A DNA stretch of 64,000 bases, taken from NCBI RefSeq assembly GCF_000143415.4, contig NW_003314317.1, positions 186,001-250,000 on the forward strand, read 5' to 3'. This document shows, piece after piece, positions 40,421 through 50,494 of this stretch; the stretch's first letter is position 1; each line of letters begins with the position of its first letter. The translations under genes and the position numbers were made by a program. The notes beneath the pieces are model-generated. The model searched no databases. It saw only the letters and a list, made by a program, of their open reading frames with translations, and was not told where the DNA came from. Origin of the DNA: Selaginella moellendorffii (taxonomy: Eukaryota; Plantae; Lycopodiophyta).

Positions 40421-41735
40421 ATGTGGCAAATGCTGCGTGAAGAAAGATGCCCTTTCTGGGCAAATGCTGTAAGAGGCAGATGCCGAGCAGATGTATCTCA
40501 GGCTAGCGAAGGGGACGAACGAAAGCTAGCTATAAACATGACGGGATGCAAATAGATTACTAGGCTGGTCCTACGAAAATCAAAAACCATAATTGAAAAC
40601 ATTGAAAATGCAAAAAGAAAGGTTTATAATATTTTTGAATTTTAGGCAACCAAAGGAATGTAAGTAGGGCATGTGTTTGTAAGTTTAAAAATGCCTCAAC
40701 CACTTAAATTCCCAAGTAAATAAAGCTGTTTCTATTTTTGGTACAGGTAAACTTTATGCAATTTTGAACCCAAAAATGCACCAAAAAATGCTCGACTAGC
40801 ATTATTCTTTGAATGGCGTGTGGCCTTATGTCGAGCATTATTCTTTGAATGGCGTGTGGCCTTATATTGCCATAAATGGACGTACACACACAGCGTAATT
40901 ATTCCTTTACACGGCGAATAATCTTGGCGCGGATCGCTGACATGGCATGGCAAAGTTCGAATCACTGACATGGCACAGCTGGATCGAGGCAAGGACATGA
41001 TGTGACAAAGTTCAACCTCCGACAGCAAAGTCTAGAAGCTACTCAGTTTGAAATTTGTCAGAGGAATCATAAGATCTGGTTTGTCAGAGGATTTGATGTG
41101 ACGTTCAAGCGTGTGTTATTTTTGAATTCTCGAACTCATTCCTAGGTCTATCATTTTTGTGCGCCGTGTTCTTGGTTCCGCTGAGCGCAGTGAGCGCTGC
41201 TTGTGTAAGCGGTGTTGTGGGCTGTGGTTTATGCGTCTACGAGCGGTTGCGGCATTGCGAGCGCCATTGCGAGCGGCAGTTTATGCGAGTGGCAGTTTGT
41301 GCGAGCGGCGCTACGAGCAGTTGCGGTGTTGCGAGCGGCGCTACGAGTAGTTGCGGTGTTGCGAGCGGCACTGTCTTTGGTGTGGCTACCGCTTCCTCTT
41401 GATATTCGGCACTTGTGCTTCCTGGTATGTTCACCATGGAATGGCTTAGGACCACATTTAGAAATGGCATGAGGCCACATGCCATCTTGGGCCCTTGCAA
41501 TTTCATGGCTAGCGTATTGTCATGTATGTTTTTACTTGCCTGCAGCTGTGTGTATATCAAGATGGCATGAGGCCTCATGCCAATTTTGTGAATGCGAAAT
41601 TTCACGTGGGTGTCAATAGCATGTTTGAATAATGGCATGTGGCCTCATGCTATTGAGGTTGTTTGGTATGTTATGATTTAGGCCATTCTCCAATCATTTT
41701 TTGTATGGTCTTAACTTCTTTTCTGCACTTTCAGA

Positions 41736-44700
41736 ATGGCCTTCAGGGTTGGGGAAAAGGTTTACATTTTGAATGGTGGGAAGAGAGTTGCAAAAGGGAC
41801 CCTTGTGTCTATGGATCGGAACTTTGTTATACACTGTGAAAGGCTTGGGGAAGGCAATGCTGCTGTATCAGTAGAGACTGTCTTCGATGGGAATGTGGTC
41901 GCTATTGAACGAGGAGAGATGGTCGTCGGGGTAAATGTTGTTGTTGCCTTGAAAAATCTTCAGAAGAAAGCAGATGTTGGGGACCGCGCAAGTGCGACGC
42001 ATGTTCCCTCCGTGGATCTTAAGAACCGTGCTACATGGATTCAGGCAAAAGTGTTTCTAAACAACCCCGAGGGGGAGGTGGTAGCTGAGGGCTTAGCCAC
42101 AGTTGTCGATCCAAGAGATGCGGTTGCTAATCAAGAATTGGGCTGGGATGATATTGGAGTTGCGATTTTAGAGGTTGTTGACACAGAAGAAAACAGTCTG
42201 ACTATTGGAAGCATTGTGCGGTGGAAATTGAGGCACTTAGTGTTTGAGAATGTGAAGGATTCACAATCAAACACCACTACAACTGATGACAGAACATCTC
42301 TTCATGGGAAAAGAAAGTACACCTTCCTAAAGCGCAGCCAAAGGGATCTGAGCAACGAACCGAAAAGGCAGAAAATGGCGATGGAGGTTCGAATGGTCTC
42401 GACAGTTGCTTGTTGCAAGAGGAGGTGCTGTCAACATGCTGATTGGGATGCTATTGAAGAGGAGAGAGCAAGATACAAGACATTGTCCTGGAAGGCAGCT
42501 CGCAATTTTGTGTATGAGGCATTACGGTCATCTGTTGATGCTTCAGAACATCAGGTGGGGGGCATGGTCTTCCAGAGGGGTTTGGTCTGCATGAAGGCAT
42601 GGAGAATCATTTATGGAGTCCCTCGAACCACATTCTATAGAATCAAAACTGAGTTCGAGGAACAAAGGGTTCAACAGGCAGTCCATGGGAACGACGGTAC
42701 GCACAAAACCAGGGGTCATGTTGTATATGGAGAGGCAATCTTCAAGAGGTTTGTCGAGACATGTAGCGAACAGCAACCACATAAAACCCGCCTCTTGGAA
42801 GATGGAACACGAGACACCCAACGAGTTCTCCCTTCCATGTATACCAAGGGGGCCATATTGGAAGATGTGAATCGGGAACTCCAGAGTAATGGCTACAGGA
42901 AGCTGAGCCAATCTAGATTTAGTAGATTGTGGAGCAACAGGTTCAGGGATGTGAGTATAGGAAAGTACTCCAGCTTTTCAAAGTGTGACGAGTGCACTGC
43001 TATCAAAATGGCTTTGTCGAAGAATTCTTGCAGCGCTCAAGAGCGAGAGACGTTGGTTAGAAGGCGGCTCGACCACAACATCGAGCAGAGAAGCTGCAGG
43101 ACTGCATATTATCATAACAGGATTCTCTCCATGGAGAGACCTGACTCTTACCTCTGCATCATCCACGACAAAATGGACCAGAAAAAGACGTGCTTACCTC
43201 GACTCAATCCTGCCCCCAAGGCAATCTCTTCATCCATGCAGCTGCCTGTGTCTCTGTTTGGCATAATCGCTCATGGGCATGGTGCCCAGAACTATGGGAA
43301 CTTCTTTGTACCTCTATGGGGTGGCGGGGGTGCAAACATGATGATTGCGTCCCTAGCAAAACACTTAAGGTCTCTGCAAAGTGCGCAGACTGAGCTGAAC
43401 GGCCAACCCTTGCATAAGGCCCTTGTCGATCGAACCCCATACAGGGTTCAGCTGGAGGAGGAGCAAAGGCTTGCAGTATCGCGTGGGGCCCCATGCCATC
43501 CCAGTGAATATGTTGGCCGTCAGATTGTAGGGTTATCACGTGAGGCCTCATGCCATTCCGACGAGGCTGGTCGCCCGGTGAATGCACAGCCTCATCCAAA
43601 CGAAGCAGAATCTCAAGGAAGTTCTTGCGGCCGATGTGGCCTTCCACCCCATCTTCTGCTCCAAACAGACAATGCTGGCAGTGAGAACAAAAACATGTAC
43701 GTCTTCGCGTACTTGGCGATGCTTGTTGCCAAAGGCATATTTGAAACGGTTACACTTGGCTTTCTCATGGTTGGGCACACTCATGAAGACGTCGATGCCA
43801 TGTTCAGTCACCTGGCAGAGTCCCTCCGGCGATCCAATGTCCTCACCCTCCCACAACTCTACGATGAATTCCAAAATTGCATCAAAGGCACTGTTGAAGC
43901 TGCACTTCTGACAGAGGTTCCAGACTTTAAGGGGTTTGTAAGAGGCTACATCAGGGATGGATCCGAAACGCTGATTGGCCACTCCAAGCCTCTTCAGTTT
44001 CATTTCAGCATGCGTGACGGTGCTCCAGTGATGAGGTACAAGATGAGAGAATGGGACACAGTGTGGCTGCCAGTGGACGGCATTGAACTCTTCAAGAGAG
44101 ATCCCATAACTGGGGAACCTATGATTCCTCAGGGTTCCCCACGGCCGATGCACCCGGATGGACTCAAAGACCAGGAAAGTATAGTGGCCGGGATTAGACA
44201 GCATATTGCCTTCTGGAAGAGGGGGTTGGTGTTTGGTGGAGAATCCTATTTTCAGAGGTGCAAGCCTTTGCTCGAATACTGGGAGAAGATTATATCTGCT
44301 ATCCAAAATGGGCCGGTTGTATATGAAGAATTGGAAGAGTCCTTTTGGCCAGAACCCAGAGCACCAGATAGTAGCGGAACAATGTCCTCTGGAAATGCAG
44401 TGACAGATAACGATGTTGAGGATCACTATTGTGGGCCGAGGAACAAGAAGCCGGATTCAGCATTCAATCCAGTACAGGTCTGCAAAGGAATGGTCGTGCT
44501 TGTCAGACCCAGTAATAAAAAACAAATGATATGGGTGGGGCGCTGCATCACTGATGCAGAGGAGGACGCGGAAACTAACTCCTTCAATGTAACTGTGGAG
44601 TGGTTCAAGCCAAGTTCCGGATATACGAAGGATTGCTTAGAAAAGAGATGGGTGCTGAATCCAAGGGATCCCAGCATGAGCATATCGGTGGATAATGTTG

Positions 44701-44877
44701 TGCATGGTTGGATGCGGAAGCAGAGTGCCACCATCACCTTGCCAGACCATGCAAGAGATGCAGCAAGAGCATTCATAACTCGGGTTCAAGGTGAGATTCA
44801 TTAATATTCCTTTACAAAGTTTCTAATGTATTTTATTTCAAGGTGAACAATCCGAATCTGAATCAGAGGAGGCTTGA
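41736..44877 (+). CDS. DDD-type transposase (Sola/DUF7869-like) with two N-terminal En/Spm TnpA-like repeats and a C-terminal beta-barrel-like domain
   Basis: Intact 1022-aa ORF 41736-44804; FSKCDEC..H; IIHDKMDQ, QTDNAGSENKN, FLMVGHTHEDVDAMFS; probable last intron 44791-44842 adds GEQSESESEEA*. Confidence 0.85.
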
Positions 44878-45092
44878 TATAGTGTGTGAGGTAAAACAAA
44901 GATGATGTGACATATGCATTTACCAATCACACGTGCATAAATCTAATAATATGGCGTGTGGCCCATATTAATGGCACATAAACCCATATTGTGGGCTTAC
45001 GTGCTTTATGTACCATCATTCCCTTGCAGCGTGTGTGTTGGTTTCCTTTTATAACACAACGAACTCCATATTTTAGGGTGAAGAGCGTTCTC

Positions 45093-45350
45093 ATGGCAAG
45101 CACAAAATCTGTAAGTGAGGCAGAAAAGGAGACGGAGAAGGAGATAGGTGAAGATGTAGAATATATAAGTCTTCCAAACTCCCCGTACTATACTCCAGGT
45201 GATCATTTTTCTGAACAAACGGCAACATTAACAACTATCGAGAACGCCCCAGTAACGTCAGAGACAACAATCCAAAGCAAAACAACTGACCCGGAGAAGG
45301 ATGATAGTACCGCTGAGAGTACCAAAAAGGAGGTGTCCACTAGCGCTTAG
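45093..45350 (+). CDS. Possible small acidic S/T-rich protein (85 aa) inside the transposon
   Basis: ATG preceded by a TTTTAG acceptor; ORF MASTKSVSEAEKETEKE...; no recognisable domain. Confidence 0.25.
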   Translation: MASTKSVSEAEKETEKEIGEDVEYISLPNSPYYTPGDHFSEQTATLTTIENAPVTSETTIQSKTTDPEKDDSTAESTKKEVSTSA

Positions 45351-46010
45351 GCTTATAATGGCGTGTGCCCTCATGCCATTTACTTGATCACCAAATACCT
45401 TTTTCCCTTTGCACTAGTATATCTTAATACCGGTCTGAGAAATAGAATGGCATGTGCCCTCAGGCCTTTTACTAAATCACCTTTGAAAGAAATGCAAGCC
45501 TCTATGTCGTAAAAAAAAGGTACTAGAGAAATTCCTTAATAATATGAATGTTATTTAGTTTCATGAAAATACACTAAGGGTCAAATGAGTTAAATGACTT
45601 CTCCAGACTAGCAATGCCTCTTGCTACACCTTCACAATTAGATTCGTTAGAAAAAGATAACATTGAATAATATCTAAATGTTCTCACCATTAAGTTATAT
45701 GTCTGGCTAATAGGAATGACGTTCATCTTGGAAAGCTCACCACACGCTCAATGAACAAACAAATAGTGTGTGCACGCATGCCATCGCTCTTCTTTAGCTT
45801 CAGATTCGGCTTGTTCACCTTGACAATGAGATTTATTATACAACTAGATGGACTCAGTCTGGACATAAGGTCACCGCGCTAGTCACCATGCCCCAGATAT
45901 GTCTAGCCCCTGGACAAAAAACATATAATTTCACGTCATTTTCAAATACTTGAAAATTTGTACCTAGTCCCATTTTACTGAATAAATCCCACTTTAACGA
46001 AATAGAGCTT

Positions 46011-48985
46011 CTTTAGTGATCTAGCGGGTGCTGGACCAATTCCAGGATACCATACCGGAGGAGCTACCGGCGGGGTTGCCCCCCGCACGACCGATAGAAC
46101 ATAAGATTGAGCTGGTCGAGGGTGCTGAGGCGGTGGTTCGTCCACCCTATCGATTGAACGAAAAAGAACTCGCGAAGCTCAAGCGCCAACTAGAGGAGTT
46201 GGTGGACAAAGGGTATGTTAAGTTGAGCAAGTCACCGTATGGGGCGCCGGTGCTATTTGTGAAAAAGAAAGATGGATCTATGTGCATGTGCATAGACTAC
46301 CGGTTGCTCAACAAGTATACCAAGAAGAACAAGTACCCTTTGCCAAGGATCGAGGACCTGTTTGATAGGTTGGGAAAGGCAAAATACTTATCGAGGATTG
46401 ACCTAAGGTCAGGATACTACCAGATCAGGGTAGTTGAGGAAGATGTCGAGAAGACAACCTGTCAAACGAGATATGGGAGCTTTCAGTTTCTGGTGATGCC
46501 CTTTGGGCTGTGCAATGCGCCGGCAACGTTTTCGGCGTTGATGAACCACATCTTTGTACCCTATCTGGATCACTTCGTGGTCGTCTATATCGACGACATC
46601 CTGATCTATAGCGAGACGCTAGAGGAGCATGCCGAACACTTGGCGAAGGTGTTTGAGAAACTAAGGGAACACAAACTATATGCTAAAGAGAGCAAATGTG
46701 ACTTTGCTCAACAAGAGGTAAACTTTCTCGGGCATGTGGTGGGCCAGGATGGGCTCAAGGTGGACCCAGAGAAGGTCCAAGCAATCCAGGAATGGGAGCG
46801 ACCATCGAATGTACACGAGTTAAGGGCATTTCTGGGGCTATGCAACTACTACCGAAAGTTTATCAGACACTATTCGAGAGTAGCCCTGCCCTTAACGGAC
46901 CAAACAGGAAAAGGGAAGATGGTATGGACAGCAAAATGCGAGGCGGCATTTGTCCACCTCAAAGGGAAGTTGAGGAAGGCTCTAGTGTTGGCATTACCAG
47001 ACTTTGGTAAGGACTTTGAGGTAGAAACGGATGCTTCGGACTTTGCGTTGGGTGCAGTTTTGAAGCAAGACGACCATCCAGTAGTGTTCTTCTCGAAGAA
47101 GTTGGACAAGGCTCAACGGAAGTGGCCTGCCCATGAGAAGGAACTGTTTGCGGTGGTCAAGGTGCTCAAGGAGTGGCAACACTACCTTGGGAGACACTTC
47201 AAGGTTTACACGGACAATGTGGCAACGAAACACTTCTTGTCACAGCCTGACCTGAGAGGGAAACAAGGTCGGTGGGCCAATGCCTTGGCCGAGTTTGATT
47301 GCGAAATTCTGTACAAGCCTGGGAAGAGCAACATTGTGGCAGATGCGCTAAGTCGAAAAGCGAGCTTGAAGTTAGCGATATCTAGCGCAACAACAACCTT
47401 CTGGGATGATGTGCGGACAGCATATGAGAATGATGGTCTAGCACAAGAAGTGTTGCTGAGGAACCTAGAGGCACGAAAAGCTCACCAGAGAGGTGAGCTG
47501 CCAACGGAAGAGAAAATGGGCTATGCGGAACGCAACGGACTCATCTATTACAAACAAACGAGGGTGTATGTTCCAGAACGGGAACTAAGGAAGGTAGCCT
47601 TAGAAGAGTGTCATGACAGACCTTTTGCGGGACATGGCGGAGTGCCCAAGACGATGGGCTTACTCAAAAAGAAGTACCATTGGCCAGATATGGCTAAGGA
47701 CGTCCAAGACTATGTAAAGACATGTCCAACATGTCAGCAGGTCAAAGCCGTGACTAAGGCTAGTGGGGGCTTGTTGCAAAGCATCCCAATTCCAGATCGT
47801 CCGTGGAAATGTCTTACGATGGACTTCATCACGAGACTTCCCCCAAGCGAGGGGTTTGATGCGATATTCGTGGTGGTGGACCGATTTTCGAAAATGGCAC
47901 ATTTCATACCCACCACAACGGAAGTGGATGCGGAAGGTGTGGCAAAGCTATTTTTCGAACAAGTGGTTCGAGTGCGGGGAAGGCTGGAAGAGATCATCTC
48001 AGATCGAGATAAGATCTTCACTAGTAGGTTCTGGAGGACTCTCCTGGAACAGTATCGCACCAAGTTGAAATTCAGCACCGCCTATCACCCACAGACAGGT
48101 ATGGGGTATTAAGTCAAGTTTGGTGACAGTAACACTTCTTGACAAACGGACAAACGAAAAGGGTGAATAGGCAGCTAGAGGATTATTTGTGATGCTATGT
48201 CTCGGGAGACCAGACCGATTGGGTAAGTCATTTGGGACTTGCGGAAATGTGTTATAACAACTCACCACATTTGAGTATCGGGGTGAGTCCATGGGAAGTC
48301 ATCAATGGGTGAGCTATTGAAGGTCCTATGGCCGAGTATCATGGAGAGCTACCCGCAGTGGAGGCATTCACGGCAGAAAGACTCAACATTTGGAATCTAG
48401 TGAGGGATTCCTTGGAACGGGCTCAACAAAGGCAAACCAAGTACGCGAACCTAAAGCGCCGGGATGTAGAGTTCCAAGCTGGGGAGAAGGTGTGGCTGAA
48501 CACCAAGAACCTCAGGCTACCAAGTGGGATCAGCCGAAAGTTGACCCAAAGGTAAAAATGCATGTATTCCTGTAAATGAATTGATCTTGAGTTCTTTAAG
48601 CAGGTTCAAAGGGCCTTACGAGATTGAGGCATGAATCGGTAAAGTGGCTTACCGACTCCGACTTCCTCGAGAGATGGGGAAGATGCACCCAGTGTTCCAC
48701 GTGAACTTACTCAAGCCGTACTTTGAGGATCCGCTTCGCAAGGACCAAGTAAGACCTTTACCTAAGGTTATCCAAGGGGAAGAGGAATACGAAGTTGAGG
48801 CCATCCTCAATGCGCGCAAGAGCAAGCGACAAGGACGCGAGGTGAGAGAGTTCCATGTGAAGTGGAAAGGATTTCCACACTGCGAAGCAACATGGGAACC
48901 AGAGGAGAACCTAGCGAACGCGCGAGATCTAGTGGAGGAATTTCTGCAAGGCAGAACTCTATGTACTTATGCAAAGTTCAATTAA
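46011..48985 (+). pseudogene. pol: pol of copy B: RT, RNaseH, integrase (two introns) and chromodomain
   Basis: YIDDIL, ETDASD, H-H-CPTC, MDFI, ISDRD, GPY, YEVEAIL...VKWKGF...TWEPEENL; stops present in integrase. Confidence 0.92.
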
Positions 48986-49390
48986 AAATATCAATTTGCA
49001 AAGTTGAGCAAGTGGCATATGTTGGGACCCGAAGGCACGCCGAAGGTAAGCTAATTAGCATGGGTTAGCTAGGTCGACCAAGTGTAGGGAGCTACGCCCG
49101 ACTCCCTGCGGGGATGTCAAATCCGTAGACGTATTCTACGGAGGTTGGGTTTAAGTCCCAACCCCCTAGTAAAGCAAGGCTGGGTTCAAGTCCCGACCCC
49201 ATACTAGGGCGTGGTGAGGTGAGGAGTATAGGGACACCTATATTCTGTTGTCATGGGCTCTTGGCCGGGGAGGCTAACTTAGGCACACCGCTAAGTGGGG
49301 GGATGCCCCTGGAGACATGGTCAACAAGTCGTAGGATTAAAAGAGAGACATTCGATGTGGGCATCGAACTTCTTCTATGGGTGGTGGAGT

Positions 49391-50494
49391 TGTAAGGAAC
49401 CAACTCGCCGAGGTGTCGTAGGCTAAAGGAACCCCGAAAGCATGACCAAAATGACAAAGAGTTCATCGGATGGGACTAAGTCGAAGATCGAGTCCAAGAC
49501 CGACTCGGAGACCGAGTTCGAGATAGAGTCCGGAATCGAGTCCGAGGCCGACTTAGGGACCGAGTTCGAGACCGAGTTCGAGACAGAGTCCGAGATCCGA
49601 AATCGGGTCCGAGGTCGAGTCCGAGGTCGGGTTCGAGATCAAGTCCGAGATCGAGTCCGAAGTCGGATCCGAAATCGGGTCCGAGATCGAGCTAGAGACT
49701 AAGTCCAAATACTAATACGGGTCAAGGGGTGAAAGCCCAAAGCGTGCGTCTCCCGGGGGGGGGGGGGGGGCTGCAGGGGGTTCCAAAAGTATAGTAGGGA
49801 TAGTGAGGTCCAGGAACCAGTTTAGAAGGGACTCTCCAGTGGGGCTCCCAAACTGACTTGAGGTTGAGACTGGGACCGAGGGGCCTTGGGTGGGAGTGAG
49901 CATGGACTTGGTTGGTGCCGGAGGGGCCATCCAAGGAAGTGCTCAAGAGCAGCTCCCACTCCCGAAAGGGAAACTGATTGCGGTGCTCCCGACTCATGTG
50001 GAGTGGTGCCCCACTTGAGTACCATGCGGCTCATTGGTCCTCGCCCTTCCTAGGGGCTTGGGGCTTCCTTCGGGATGGAAGTGGGGGGGTAGAGGTACCC
50101 ATACCGGGCTGCTAGGCCACGGTGTTTCGCCCCGGCGTCCCGAAGCAAGTGTTGCACTAAAGACTTAGGATTTAGAGGGTCCCATAATCAAGTCTTGTGG
50201 TACCAAGGGATGTTAGGAACCTGGAAGCTTGGTGTGCTTAGCTGCTTGTGCTTGCGGGGAGTGTAGCCGAACTTTAAGTCCAGTCTAACCCGGGGAGGGG
50301 GATTGGGAGTGATTTGGGAATCCGTGGATGGATGGCTAACACTCCATTGCTCGTGCAGTGAGTAGCTGAAACCAAGTAGGAGCTGGTACCATAGGCGAGA
50401 ACCTTGGCAAGGGAACTTAGCAAAAGCCAAGGCAGTGTTGGACGGATAGACGAGGTAAGCTGGCAAATTGGAAAGGAAAAATTTGTGGCTTACA
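49391..50494 (+). repeat. 3' LTR of copy B
   Basis: Near-identical to 29784-30921; followed by TSD GGAAG. Confidence 0.95.

Larger units (their letters stand above)
32868..45785. repeat. Dispersed palindrome AATGGCRTGWGGCCWCAYGCCATT, more than 20 copies, confined to the DNA transposon
   Basis: For example at 33142, 34220, 34295, 35521, 35712, 35853, 37325, 38602, 38663, 38739, 39653, 39891, 40812, 40849, 41463, 41562, 41631, 43535, 44950, 45357, 45446. Confidence 0.9.
32768..46010. mobile_element. 13,243-bp DNA transposon (Sola-like DDD superfamily, tentative) carrying cargo
   Basis: Perfect 24-bp TIR AAGCTCTATTTCGTTAAAGTGGGA (32768-32791; 45987-46010); 4-bp TSD CTTT; removing it restores the gypsy pol sequence seen uninterrupted in copy D (~59512-59535). 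Confidence 0.93.
29784..50494 (+). mobile_element. Chromovirus Ty3/Gypsy copy B, nested in copy A pol
   Basis: TG...CA LTRs 29784-30921 and 49391-50494; 5-bp TSD GGAAG on both sides; PBS TGGTATTAGAGCC at 30925; PPT GGGTGGTGGAG before the 3' LTR. Confidence 0.95.

Noticed and set aside
43548-44426. 292-aa minus-strand ORF
   Set aside because: Antisense to the transposase with no recognisable motifs
32868-45785. Palindromic repeats as a CRISPR array
   Set aside because: Irregular spacing from tens to thousands of bp, degenerate copies, eukaryotic context and no cas genes
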